DNA from: Clostridiales bacterium
Lineage (GTDB): Bacteria > Bacillota > Proteinivoracia > UBA4975 > PWLI01
Direction of reading: 5' to 3'
Length of the DNA: 39,617 bases
Assembly (NCBI GenBank): GCA_003559415.1
Contig: PWLI01000156.1
Span: 1-39,617 of the forward strand
Part shown: positions 1 through 8,138 of the stretch, piece by piece
Layout of the letters: the number at the start of each line of letters is the position of its first letter
Position numbering within the stretch: the stretch's first letter is position 1
Notes under the pieces: generated by a model
Databases searched by the model: none
The model's input: the letters and a program-made list of their open reading frames with translations, nothing else
Told to the model about the DNA's origin: nothing
Program-made: the position numbers and the translations under genes

Positions 1-1
1 C

Positions 2-1045
2 AAACGCACCATTGCCCTGCCGGGCAAACGCCGGAAGGGCAGCGGCAATTGGCTGGAAGTTAAGGGAGCCCGGGAAAACAATCTCAAATCCATAGATGTG
101 GCCTTCCCCCTGGAAACATTCATCGGCATCACCGGCGTGTCCGGGTCCGGCAAAAGCACATTGGTCACCGAGGTGCTTTACAAGGGGCTGGCCCAAAAGC
201 TGGGCAGGGTCCGGGTCAGACCCGGAGCCCATGACCGGGTGGAAGGACTGGAACATGTGCACAAGGTAATAGAGATTGACCAATCGCCGATTGGGCGCAC
301 ACCCCGGTCAAACCCGGCAACCTATACAGGAGTGTTTGACTATATCCGTGCTTTGTATTCTGAAACATCAGAGGCCAAGGCCCGGGGGTACAAGCCGGGC
401 AGGTTCAGTTTCAATGTCCGGGGCGGCCGCTGTGAGGCCTGCCGGGGTGACGGGATAATCAGGATAGAAATGCATTTCCTGCCCGATGTCTATGTGCCCT
501 GCGAGGTTTGCAACGGCGCCCGCTACAACCGGGAAACGTTGCAGGTGACTTTTAAGGGAAAATCCATAGCTCAGGTGTTGGACATGCAGGTGGAAGAAGC
601 GCTGGAGTTTTTTGCCAATGTCCCCCGCATCCACCGCAAGCTCCAAACCATTTTTGACGTTGGGCTGGGGTATATTAAGCTGGGCCAGCCCGCCACAACG
701 CTGTCTGGCGGCGAGGCCCAGAGGGTCAAGCTGGCCAGCGAGCTCAGTCGCCGTTCCAACGGGGGATCGGTCTATATATTGGATGAGCCGACAACAGGCC
801 TGCACATCGATGATGTCAGCCGGTTGCTTAGGGTGTTGCACCGTCTGGTGGATGAAGGTGCAACAGTGGTGGTAATTGAGCACAACCTGGACGTGGTCAA
901 AAGTGCAGACTACCTGATTGACCTGGGCCCGGAAGGGGGCGATGCCGGTGGGCAGGTGGTGGCTACCGGGACACCGGAACAGGTGGCGGTCAACGCCGAT
1001 TCTTATACCGGCCACTACCTGGGGCCGGTGTTGGCCCGGCGATAA
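2..1045 (+). CDS. uvrA: Excinuclease ABC subunit A, C-terminal part (5' end outside the window)
   Basis: The frame is open from base 2 (KRTIALPG...[12 protein letters not shown]). Walker [10 protein letters not shown], Zn finger CEAC...[15 protein letters not shown] signature, Walker [12 protein letters not shown]. Confidence 0.98.
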   Translation, partial: KRTIALPGKRRKGSGNWLEVKGARENNLKSIDVAFPLETFIGITGVSGSGKSTLVTEVLYKGLAQKLGRVRVRPGAHDRVEGLEHVHKVIEIDQSPIGRTPRSNPATYTGVFDYIRALYSETSEAKARGYKPGRFSFNVRGGRCEACRGDGIIRIEMHFLPDVYVPCEVCNGARYNRETLQVTFKGKSIAQVLDMQVEEALEFFANVPRIHRKLQTIFDVGLGYIKLGQPATTLSGGEAQRVKLASELSRRSNGGSVYILDEPTTGLHIDDVSRLLRVLHRLVDEGATVVVIEHNLDVVKSADYLIDLGPEGGDAGGQVVATGTPEQVAVNADSYTGHYLGPVLARR

Positions 1046-1065
1046 CTGCGCCGCTGCGTTATTTG

Positions 1066-1074
1066 TGCTATACT
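1066..1074 (+). promoter_or_regulatory. Extended -10 promoter element (TGcTATACT) for the 1106 gene
   Basis: TGn plus TATACT about 20 nt upstream of a GGAGG RBS. Confidence 0.5.
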
Positions 1075-1105
1075 TAAAACAGTTCTGCCCTTGGGAGGTG
1101 TGGTC

Positions 1106-1552
1106 GTGAATCAAGAGTTGATGGTACTGTTGATTCCCGTGATTCGGACACTGATTATTGTCATGCTGGTAGTTTTAGTGGTGTTTGTGTTTGAGGGGTT
1201 TCGGGAGTTTCGCAAGTATGGCCCCCCAAGGGGGAAATTTCGCCTGAGCAACCTTTCATGGAATGATAAATCACTGACAAAACTTAACTCATTTCTTTAC
1301 AGCGGGTTGTTTTTTGTCGGCCTGGGCGGCGCCTACGGCATAACTGTCTGGGCTGCGTCTCTCAGTTATCTGGGGGAGTTGCAGGGAAGTCTGATTGCGG
1401 TCTGGTTCTTTAGCTTGGCTGCCAGTGCCGCTCTGTTGGTTTTCTCCTTTACCCGTGTGTTGGTGTTGGGAGGAGTGCTGGGTTACTGGTTGTCATGGCT
1501 GGTAAGCCAGAAGCTGGCGGCCAGGGCTGTCAACAGCGATCAGTGCCGATAG
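1106..1552 (+). CDS. Hypothetical integral membrane protein (3-4 TM helices)
   Basis: GGAGG at 1094-1098 precedes GTG 1106. Several hydrophobic segments; own -10 element and a downstream terminator. Confidence 0.75.
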   Translation: MNQELMVLLIPVIRTLIIVMLVVLVVFVFEGFREFRKYGPPRGKFRLSNLSWNDKSLTKLNSFLYSGLFFVGLGGAYGITVWAASLSYLGELQGSLIAVWFFSLAASAALLVFSFTRVLVLGGVLGYWLSWLVSQKLAARAVNSDQCR

Positions 1553-1575
1553 ATAGACAAAACAGGGAATTTGCC

Positions 1576-1601
1576 GGGGCCAGCGATGCTGCCCCCTTTT
1601 T
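1576..1601 (+). terminator. Rho-independent terminator
   Basis: GGGGC-CAGC gat GCTG-CCCC hairpin followed by a T run. Confidence 0.6.
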
Positions 1602-1616
1602 GTGTGCGCAACTCAG

Positions 1617-1625
1617 TGATATAAT
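1617..1625 (+). promoter_or_regulatory. Extended -10 promoter (TGaTATAAT) for uvrC
   Basis: Perfect TGnTATAAT 16 nt upstream of the uvrC ATG. Confidence 0.65.
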
Positions 1626-1641
1626 CTGATGGGGTGAAGAC

Positions 1642-3453
1642 ATGGAACTGAGCGAGAAGATAAAAACCATCCCCTCGGCCACGGGGGTATATGTGTTTAA
1701 AGATATTGAGGACCGGGTGCTCTATGTGGGCAAGGCCAAGAGCCTGCGCAGCCGGCTTAATTCATATTTCGGCAGCAATGCTCCGGACCCGAAAATACTG
1801 ATGTTGCGTCAGCAGGTTGCTGATGTGGACTATACAGTCACTGCCACCGAGGTGGAGGCGCTGCTGTTGGAGGGGCAGCTGATTAAAAAACACCGGCCCC
1901 GGTTTAATGTCATGCTTAAAGATGACAAGGACTATCCCTTTATCCGCCTCGATGTGACGGAAGAGTTCCCCCGCCTGGAAGTGGTGCGGAAGATGAAAAG
2001 GGACAAGGCCCGTTACTTCGGGCCCTATCCCAATGCCGGTGTGATAAATGAGACGCTGCGCCTGGCCAAAAAACTCTTTCCCCTGCGTTCCTGCAATGAC
2101 TGGCGGGGCAAGCGCCGGCCGTGCCTGAACTTTCATATCCGGCGCTGTGTGGCGCCCTGCAGCGGCAGGGTTTCGCCTGAAGATTACCGGCGCATTGTCG
2201 ACCAAGTCGTCCTCTTTCTTCAGGGCCGCCATCAACATCTGGAAAAACAGTTGCGCCAACAGATGGAAGATGCAGCCCGGAGCCAGCAATTTGAAGCCGC
2301 CGCGGAAATCCGCGACCAGCTGGATGCCCTGGGCAAGCTCACCGCCCGCCAGCGGATTGTTTCTGCCCAGACATGGAACCTGGATGTGTTGGCGGTGAGC
2401 ACCCAGGGGGAAATCGCTGCCGCCCAGCTGATGACTGTCAGAGGAGGCAAGGTGCTGGGCAATGAGTACTTCCGCTTTCGTTCCCAGCCTGCTGCTGACC
2501 CCCGGGAGATGGTAAGCGCCTTTGTCCGCGACCATTACCAGCGGGTGCCGGTGTTGCCCGGAGAAATACTGGTTGAAGCTATGCCCCCGGACAACCTGGC
2601 CCTGGAGTCATGGCTCAGCGAAAAACGGGGGGCTCCGGTTGTGTTGCGGATGCCCCAGCGGGGGCAGAAAAAGCAGTTGCTGGCGCTGGCCCGGGAAAAC
2701 CTGGTGGCCCACATGGACGCTGAGAACAAGGGGGAAGACTCCGCCGGCCCGGAACGCGAAACCCTGCTGGCCCAGGTTCAAGAGCTGCTGGGTCTGGAAG
2801 ATATCCCCTGGCGGATAGAGTGTTATGACATATCCCACATTCAGGGAAGTCAGACTGTAGCATCCATGGTGGTGTTTGAAAGGGGCCAGCCGCTGCGCAG
2901 GGCGTACCGCCGGTTTAAAATCAGGGAGCTCAATTCTCCCGATGATTTTGCAGCCATGGCCCAGGTTGTAAGCCGCCGGTTGGCTGCCCATTCTGAGGGA
3001 AGGGAAGGGTTTTCCACCCTGCCCCAGCTGATTGTCGTGGATGGCGGCAAGGGGCAGCTTTCAGCAGTTGCCGGCGTTCTTTCCCACAACAACTGTGGCG
3101 ATGTCGGCCTGGTTGCCCTGGCCAAACGAGATGAGGAGCTGTTTTTGCCCGGACACCAGCAGCCGCTGGTGTTGGAAAAAGGTGACCCTGCACTGCAGCT
3201 GCTGCAGAGAATCCGGGATGAGGCCCACCGCTTTGCGATTGCCTACCATCGCCGCCTGAGAGAAAAGGAAACTCTTGTGTCGGATCTGGACAGAGTCGCC
3301 GGTGTGGGCCCGGCCCGCCGCCGGGCGCTGCTGCAGGCTTTTGGCAGCATCGATCAGTTGCGGGAAAAGGATGCAGCAGAAATTGCTGCTGTACCGGGCA
3401 TACCCTGGTCTGTGGCAGAGGAAATATACCGCCACTTCCGCAAAAACAAGTGA
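1642..3453 (+). CDS. uvrC: Excinuclease ABC subunit C
   Basis: N-terminal GIY-YIG (GVYVFKD...YVGKAKSLRSRL), Cys cluster, UVR domain (FEAAAEIRDQ), RNaseH-like domain (IECYDISH, DGGKGQ, RDEAHRFAI), C-terminal HhH. Confidence 0.98.
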   Translation: MELSEKIKTIPSATGVYVFKDIEDRVLYVGKAKSLRSRLNSYFGSNAPDPKILMLRQQVADVDYTVTATEVEALLLEGQLIKKHRPRFNVMLKDDKDYPFIRLDVTEEFPRLEVVRKMKRDKARYFGPYPNAGVINETLRLAKKLFPLRSCNDWRGKRRPCLNFHIRRCVAPCSGRVSPEDYRRIVDQVVLFLQGRHQHLEKQLRQQMEDAARSQQFEAAAEIRDQLDALGKLTARQRIVSAQTWNLDVLAVSTQGEIAAAQLMTVRGGKVLGNEYFRFRSQPAADPREMVSAFVRDHYQRVPVLPGEILVEAMPPDNLALESWLSEKRGAPVVLRMPQRGQKKQLLALARENLVAHMDAENKGEDSAGPERETLLAQVQELLGLEDIPWRIECYDISHIQGSQTVASMVVFERGQPLRRAYRRFKIRELNSPDDFAAMAQVVSRRLAAHSEGREGFSTLPQLIVVDGGKGQLSAVAGVLSHNNCGDVGLVALAKRDEELFLPGHQQPLVLEKGDPALQLLQRIRDEAHRFAIAYHRRLREKETLVSDLDRVAGVGPARRRALLQAFGSIDQLREKDAAEIAAVPGIPWSVAEEIYRHFRKNK

Positions 3454-3478
3454 CACCGCTTTGGCGGTGTCATTTTTT
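3451..3478. terminator. Hairpin between convergent genes; probable terminator
   Basis: Perfect inverted repeat TGACACCGC-tttg-GCGGTGTCA followed by T6 on +. The two convergent TGA stop codons form the base of the stem. Confidence 0.8.
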
Positions 3479-4798
3479 AATAATGAAGTTTGGCAATGCG
3501 AAGCTTTCCACCACCGCCGCAATGGTGTTGTGGCGGCTGGCCCGGGTAAATATGCCTCGAAAGCGGTGATTATACATAAACAGCCCCAACATGAAATTGT
3601 AGTTCTCAAAATTCAGGGAACCGTCCTCCACTGTCAACATTTTTCGCCGGGGCAACAGACAGAATTGCTGAGCCAGGTATGATTCCCCGGTCCACCTGTT
3701 GACCAGCTGTTGCCACTGATCCTTGCTGCAGTCCTTGCCGATGAACACCCCGTGGGCGGCGAACTGGTCATCGGGTTTCAGCACCCAGCGGTCCTTTTCC
3801 TCAACCAGCCTGTCCAGAAATCCCTGGGGAGGAGAGTCGAGCATGACTGTATAGGGTATGTGACGGCCAATAAACGTTTTTTCTGCTTCTGTCAGGAAGG
3901 TCAGGTGTTGGGACATGTGCAATACAGCGAACAGTTTTTTGTTGTGTATAATCTGGGAAACCATGCCGCCGACAACGCAGACATATTGTTCCCGGTATGC
4001 TGTGATAAAGTCCGGTATTTCCTGGGCATAGTGAACAATCCTGGTGGTTGTGGCCCTGCGATAGACCAAGTCAATGGGGGTTGATTGATAATAGAGCTGC
4101 TTCCCCTTGAGTTTCAACTCCCGCAGGTCGCAAATCACTGTATGGTAGCCCCGGGCTTCAAAGCGGGAGCGAAAAACTTCAAATTCACTGGTTGTACCTT
4201 CGCCGGCAAAGTCCGCTATGGCGACGTTTGGTTGATCCGGGCCCCGCCCGCAGTTCCGGTAGTTGGCGATAATGGCCTCTATCCAGGTATCAAAGAGCTC
4301 AAAATCAGAGAAATCTTCCCGGCTTCCAAGTCCTGAAAGGGCCTGGGATGACCCAACTATGTTGTGCAGTTCCCGCACTTCGTTCATACCGGAAGAGCCG
4401 TCGGCGTTGAGCTCACAAAAACGGATATCCCTGTCATCCCGGTGGTAGAACAAGTCAAAACGGGCCATGGGAAAGGGCAGGGGGTAGCCGGGATCCATGA
4501 GCACCAGCTCTTCCATCAGCGGGGGAAATGCAAAGAGTTTGCGAAACTGGCTGTTCTGGCGGTACTGGGCCACAACTTTTTCCAGTATGCCGGCCAGGGT
4601 GTGGGCAATTCGCTCCAGCCGCTGGATGTCATCGGCGGCGAAGAACATGGGCTGGTAGAGAAAATCTATGGGCTTGTCTTTGTATATGGCTGTGGAGTTG
4701 GCAACGGCCTCCTTAACCCGGTGGTAATCATCAATGTACAAATCTGGGTTTGCCAGGACATTTTTTTCAAACTGATGGAAGTACTTGTTTGCCGGCAA
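3470..4798 (-). CDS. Circularly permuted ATP-grasp amide ligase (glutathionylspermidine synthase / eukaryotic glutathione synthetase-like fold)
   Basis: MARFDLF...FCELNADGSSG (RxD...ExN) lies N-terminal to IDLVYRR, HNKKLFAVL, WVLKP and YLAQQF. TTG start at 4798 follows AAAGGGGG, 4 nt after the upstream stop. Confidence 0.8.
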   Translation of the reverse strand: MPANKYFHQFEKNVLANPDLYIDDYHRVKEAVANSTAIYKDKPIDFLYQPMFFAADDIQRLERIAHTLAGILEKVVAQYRQNSQFRKLFAFPPLMEELVLMDPGYPLPFPMARFDLFYHRDDRDIRFCELNADGSSGMNEVRELHNIVGSSQALSGLGSREDFSDFELFDTWIEAIIANYRNCGRGPDQPNVAIADFAGEGTTSEFEVFRSRFEARGYHTVICDLRELKLKGKQLYYQSTPIDLVYRRATTTRIVHYAQEIPDFITAYREQYVCVVGGMVSQIIHNKKLFAVLHMSQHLTFLTEAEKTFIGRHIPYTVMLDSPPQGFLDRLVEEKDRWVLKPDDQFAAHGVFIGKDCSKDQWQQLVNRWTGESYLAQQFCLLPRRKMLTVEDGSLNFENYNFMLGLFMYNHRFRGIFTRASRHNTIAAVVESFALPNFIIKK

Positions 4799-4802
4799 TG
4801 GT

Positions 4803-6086
4803 TTACCCCCTTTCATTGTCCACCAGGCACCATTGCAGCGCTTCTGCATGTCCCAGGTGGAGCTGGTTCAGGGTGCGTTGCTTGGGCGTCATGCCCTGGT
4901 TGGCCAGCTCTTTCAATGGCGAGAGAAAGTGCTGTTCATCTGCCGGCAGCGCCCTCTCAGACATTTGCAGCATTTGTTTGAGGCTGTCCAGCACTGTTGC
5001 TCCGCCAACCACGGCATCCAGCCCGCCCTGGATTATTTGACGTTGCCGGTCCAACAGTGATTGCAAGTCATGGTGCTGAGCCTGGGAATAAAGCTCTTGC
5101 AAGTTGTGCTCATCGTAGAGCAACCCCTTCCACAAGGCGATGTAGCCCAGGCTGTGGGGCAAGGGCAGCGAGTCCCCCATGCGAATCTCCAGATAATTGC
5201 GCGCCCGCACATCCAAAAACTGCATGGACAAAACATGTTCCAGCTGTGCCTTATCCAGTTCATGCTGTGCCAGCAATTCTGCCATTGTTGCTTCCCCTGT
5301 GTATAAAAAGCCCTCCGGCGTGCGCAGAATGATGGGAGGGGTGTTGAGAACATGCCGGGCATAGTGTTCATAACTTTCAAGGGCAGTTATGCCGCACCTG
5401 TGGCAGTCACAATCGTTCCAAATCTTGTTGCGGATGCTGCCTCCCGGCCAGGGATTGGCTTCAAAGAAGGGGCTGTTGTCATAACAGGCATAGATCAGGG
5501 GGGTCAGGTAGTTGGCCACCTTCATCTTCTTCCCAAAATCCTCCTGGGTGTCAAAATCCATGCTGACCTGTATGGAAGCAGTTCCCTTCATCATGTTGTG
5601 GGCCAGCTTGCCCCGGCCAGCGAAATACCGGTACATGTACGTGTAGCGCTGCTTGGGCACCATGGGGATGTCGTCAATGGTGCTGCGGGGCTGGTAGCCC
5701 AGCGTTGCCAGCACCAGGCCGTTGTCTGCCAGGACACTATTGATTTCCTTTACAAAAATACGATAGAAATTTTCAATATCTGCCACCCGGGCCTGGGGGG
5801 TGAGACTTATTTCCACCTGGCCTCCCGGCTCCAGGGTTATGACGCCCCAGGGTTTGTGGAGCTGAACCAGGTGCTCGCCTTCGTATACCGGCTGCCAGCC
5901 CAGGGCCGTCATTTGTTTCAGACTGCTTTCCACACCTGGCGAGGCAAAGAAGGAAACTGCCTCCAGGCTGTGTTTTTTTAATATAAAGTGTTCTATTTCC
6001 ACACCCAGGGAAAATTGTTCCCGGGGTGTCTCTGCCTTTTGTATATAGCTTGCAATTGTCTCAACGGCCTGGGTGTAGGTGCTCAT
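4803..6086 (-). CDS. gshA: Glutamate-cysteine ligase, GCS2 family (plant/alphaproteobacterial GshA- or EgtA-like)
   Basis: GVEIEHF, ITLEPGGQVEIS, VPKQRY, MMKGTASIQVSMDF, NSPF and YLEIRMGDS motifs. ATG 6086 follows GGAGGGAG. Confidence 0.85.
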   Translation of the reverse strand: MSTYTQAVETIASYIQKAETPREQFSLGVEIEHFILKKHSLEAVSFFASPGVESSLKQMTALGWQPVYEGEHLVQLHKPWGVITLEPGGQVEISLTPQARVADIENFYRIFVKEINSVLADNGLVLATLGYQPRSTIDDIPMVPKQRYTYMYRYFAGRGKLAHNMMKGTASIQVSMDFDTQEDFGKKMKVANYLTPLIYACYDNSPFFEANPWPGGSIRNKIWNDCDCHRCGITALESYEHYARHVLNTPPIILRTPEGFLYTGEATMAELLAQHELDKAQLEHVLSMQFLDVRARNYLEIRMGDSLPLPHSLGYIALWKGLLYDEHNLQELYSQAQHHDLQSLLDRQRQIIQGGLDAVVGGATVLDSLKQMLQMSERALPADEQHFLSPLKELANQGMTPKQRTLNQLHLGHAEALQWCLVDNERG

Positions 6087-6113
6087 GTTGTCGCTCCCTC
6101 CTGTCATGACTAC

Positions 6114-6119
6114 ATTATA
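6114..6119 (-). promoter_or_regulatory. -10 element (TATAAT) for the gshA/ATP-grasp operon
   Basis: TATAAT on the minus strand about 12 nt upstream of the RBS; the -35 region is poor (ATGCAG). Confidence 0.55.
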
Positions 6120-6190
6120 CTGTAAGTCTGACTTTCCTGCATCCGAAATCTGCGGCGTACTAACTTATTTTTGTAGTAAATCAAGATGCC

Positions 6191-6230
6191 TTTCTTTAAG
6201 TTTATTAAGTTACAAGTAAATTTCTTTAAG
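6191..6230. repeat. Direct repeat TTTCTTTAAG x2 (30-bp period) with a TTTATTAAG variant between; candidate operator
   Basis: Exact 10-mer at 6191-6200 and 6221-6230, variant at 6201-6209, immediately upstream of the -35 at 6238. Confidence 0.45.
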
Positions 6231-6237
6231 CAAGAGG

Positions 6238-6266
6238 TTGCATTTAGCTGCAGGGGTGAGTATAAT
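6238..6266 (+). promoter_or_regulatory. sigmaA promoter for the DUF2089 operon
   Basis: TTGCAT-17 bp-TATAAT. Confidence 0.75.
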
Positions 6267-6316
6267 GGCACTAAAGAACACTATCTGATTTATTGACTTG
6301 GGAAAGGAGTGTAGAC

Positions 6317-6700
6317 ATGCGCAATCAAATGTTGGGCCGCTGCCCGGTGTGCAACTCCGGGTTGGAGGTAACCAAGCTTCATTGTCCCCATTGTGACACC
6401 GGCATCGAAGGCCGCTTTCAAATCTGCAAGTTTTGTCAGCTTCCCCCCGACCAGAAGGCTTTTGTAGAAGTTTTTATCAAGAGCCGGGGCAACATCAAAG
6501 AGGTGGAAAAAGAGCTGGGTATTTCCTACCCCACAGTAAGAAGCCGGCTGGAAGCAGTTATCGAATCCTTGGGCTATAAGCCTCAGCCAGTGCCCAAGGA
6601 TGATCCTGAGGCCAAGGAAAAACGCAAGACAATTTTGGAAGACCTGAACAGTGGCAAGATAAGCTCAGAAGAAGCCATTGCCAAGCTTCGTGATCTGTAG
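6317..6700 (+). CDS. DUF2089-family protein (Zn ribbon + HTH + C-terminal SHOCT-like motif); putative transcriptional regulator
   Basis: CPVC...CPHC...IEGRF; FIKSRGNIKEVEKELGISYPTVRSRL HTH; terminal ILEDLNSGKISSEEAIAKL. ATG 6317 follows AAAGGAG. Confidence 0.88.
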   Translation: MRNQMLGRCPVCNSGLEVTKLHCPHCDTGIEGRFQICKFCQLPPDQKAFVEVFIKSRGNIKEVEKELGISYPTVRSRLEAVIESLGYKPQPVPKDDPEAKEKRKTILEDLNSGKISSEEAIAKLRDL

Positions 6701-6729
6701 AAGGGGTTTCTGGGAAAGGAGGGTGTCTG

Positions 6730-7761
6730 ATGACTGACGAAAAGAAAATGATTCTTGATATGCTCAGCCAGGGGAAAATAACTGCCGAAGAAGCACAAAA
6801 CCTGCTGGAAGCCCTGCCTCAGCAGCCGGAAACCAGTCAGGACACTCAGCGCGATGCCACCGGCAAGACTAAGGAAGCACCCCAGTCAATCATGGGGGGT
6901 ATAATGGAATCCATTCGCAGCGGGTTTTCTGGAATCGACTTCTCAGATTTTTCTGTAGAGTTTTCCGACTCCAGCCGCATAACGCTGGAAGAAAGCCATA
7001 GCGGGCAATTTGACAGTCAGCAAGTGGAGCTGGATTTGCAAGCCCGCAACGGCAGCATCAGGGTGGAAAGCTGGGAACAGCCTGAGTATAAGCTGGATGT
7101 AATCAAGCGTGTCAAAGCTGCCACCCGGGAGCAGGCTGAAGATTTGGCTGCCCAGTATTCCTTTGCAAAAATTGCCGGTGACAAACTGCGTGCCGGTGAT
7201 CAGGAATCCAAGAAAAACGGCAAGCGCATCAACGTATCTCTGCGCCTGCGTCTGCCCAAGGGCCACAGCTACACTGGCCTGGTCAAGACAATGAATGGCA
7301 GCATTGACATTTCCGGTTTGGATGTAGACCAATTGGAGATCAGCTCCATGAATGGTTCTGTTAAGTTGGAAGATATCCGGGGCAATGACCTGCAGGCCAA
7401 GACAGTAAATGGCAGCCTGCGCTTGGAAGGCAGCCTGGATTCCGTTTCAGGAAACACCACCAACGGCAGTATTTCACTGTCAAACTTTGCCGAAGACAGC
7501 GAGAATCACTTGGGCACAGTTAACGGTAAAATTGTTGCCAGAGTCCCCGCCCGCAACGATGTGGGCATCAGCGTTCTGGCCAACACCACCTCGGGCTCCA
7601 TAAAAGTATATCACACAAAACTGGAAGGGCTGGAGTCTGAACGAAAGGTGGCATCCCGGAGGTTGGAAGGCCAATCCTCCAACTGGGACCGGGCGACCCA
7701 TCAGGTTGATTTACACCTGAAGTCGGTAAACGGCAGCATCAGAATTGACGATTTGGATTAA
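6730..7761 (+). CDS. YvlB/LiaX-like protein: N-terminal SHOCT-like motif + DUF4097 (toast-rack) beta-strand repeats
   Basis: EKKMILDMLSQGKITAEEAQNLLEAL at the N-terminus; eight xxxNGSIxL-type repeats; no signal peptide. AAGGAGGG RBS. Confidence 0.85.
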   Translation: MTDEKKMILDMLSQGKITAEEAQNLLEALPQQPETSQDTQRDATGKTKEAPQSIMGGIMESIRSGFSGIDFSDFSVEFSDSSRITLEESHSGQFDSQQVELDLQARNGSIRVESWEQPEYKLDVIKRVKAATREQAEDLAAQYSFAKIAGDKLRAGDQESKKNGKRINVSLRLRLPKGHSYTGLVKTMNGSIDISGLDVDQLEISSMNGSVKLEDIRGNDLQAKTVNGSLRLEGSLDSVSGNTTNGSISLSNFAEDSENHLGTVNGKIVARVPARNDVGISVLANTTSGSIKVYHTKLEGLESERKVASRRLEGQSSNWDRATHQVDLHLKSVNGSIRIDDLD

Positions 7762-7775
7762 AAGGAGGGCTTACA

Positions 7776-8129
7776 GTGGATTGGATTAAAGAGGTTGTCG
7801 TTACCCCTGGATTTGCGCTTGGTGTAGGAGCTTTATTTTTGGTGTTGATTATCAGCTACCATGTGCGACAAATGGCGCTGATCAAGACCGGCTTGATAAA
7901 GAAACCTCTGGCCCGGGTGTGGATGGTGGATTTTGACCGTTTGCGCAGCGGCCTGTGGCTGGCAGCCTTGGGTGGCGTAATTGCAGCAACCATTCGTTAT
8001 GACGATTTTGGCGGTTGGCTCGCCTTTTGGACCCTGGTTGGCCTGTTCGGTGTGGGACAGGTGTTGGCAAGCCTCCTGGGCCGTGACCGCTGGCGCACCA
8101 AGGTTCGCCGCGTCCGGCACTACGATTAG
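7776..8129 (+). CDS. Small 3-TM membrane protein (resembles DUF6249)
   Basis: AAGGAGGG RBS before GTG. TM helix, then RQMALIKTG, then LRSGLW and two more TM helices, with a basic C-terminal tail. Confidence 0.7.
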   Translation: MDWIKEVVVTPGFALGVGALFLVLIISYHVRQMALIKTGLIKKPLARVWMVDFDRLRSGLWLAALGGVIAATIRYDDFGGWLAFWTLVGLFGVGQVLASLLGRDRWRTKVRRVRHYD

Positions 8130-8138
8130 GTGGTTGCC

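Noticed and set aside
1553-1641. LexA/SOS box upstream of uvrC (and an AGAAC half-site near 23197)
   Set aside because: No GAAC-N4-GTTC match found; only half-sites.
4803-6086. Ergothioneine biosynthesis (EgtA)
   Set aside because: No egtB, egtC or egtD genes are adjacent, and the partner is an ATP-grasp ligase. Genes elsewhere in the genome cannot be excluded.
6130-6165. SigW-type promoter for the YvlB-like operon (CGTA at 6156-6159)
   Set aside because: No TGAAAC-like -35 at the right spacing; a good sigmaA promoter explains the operon.
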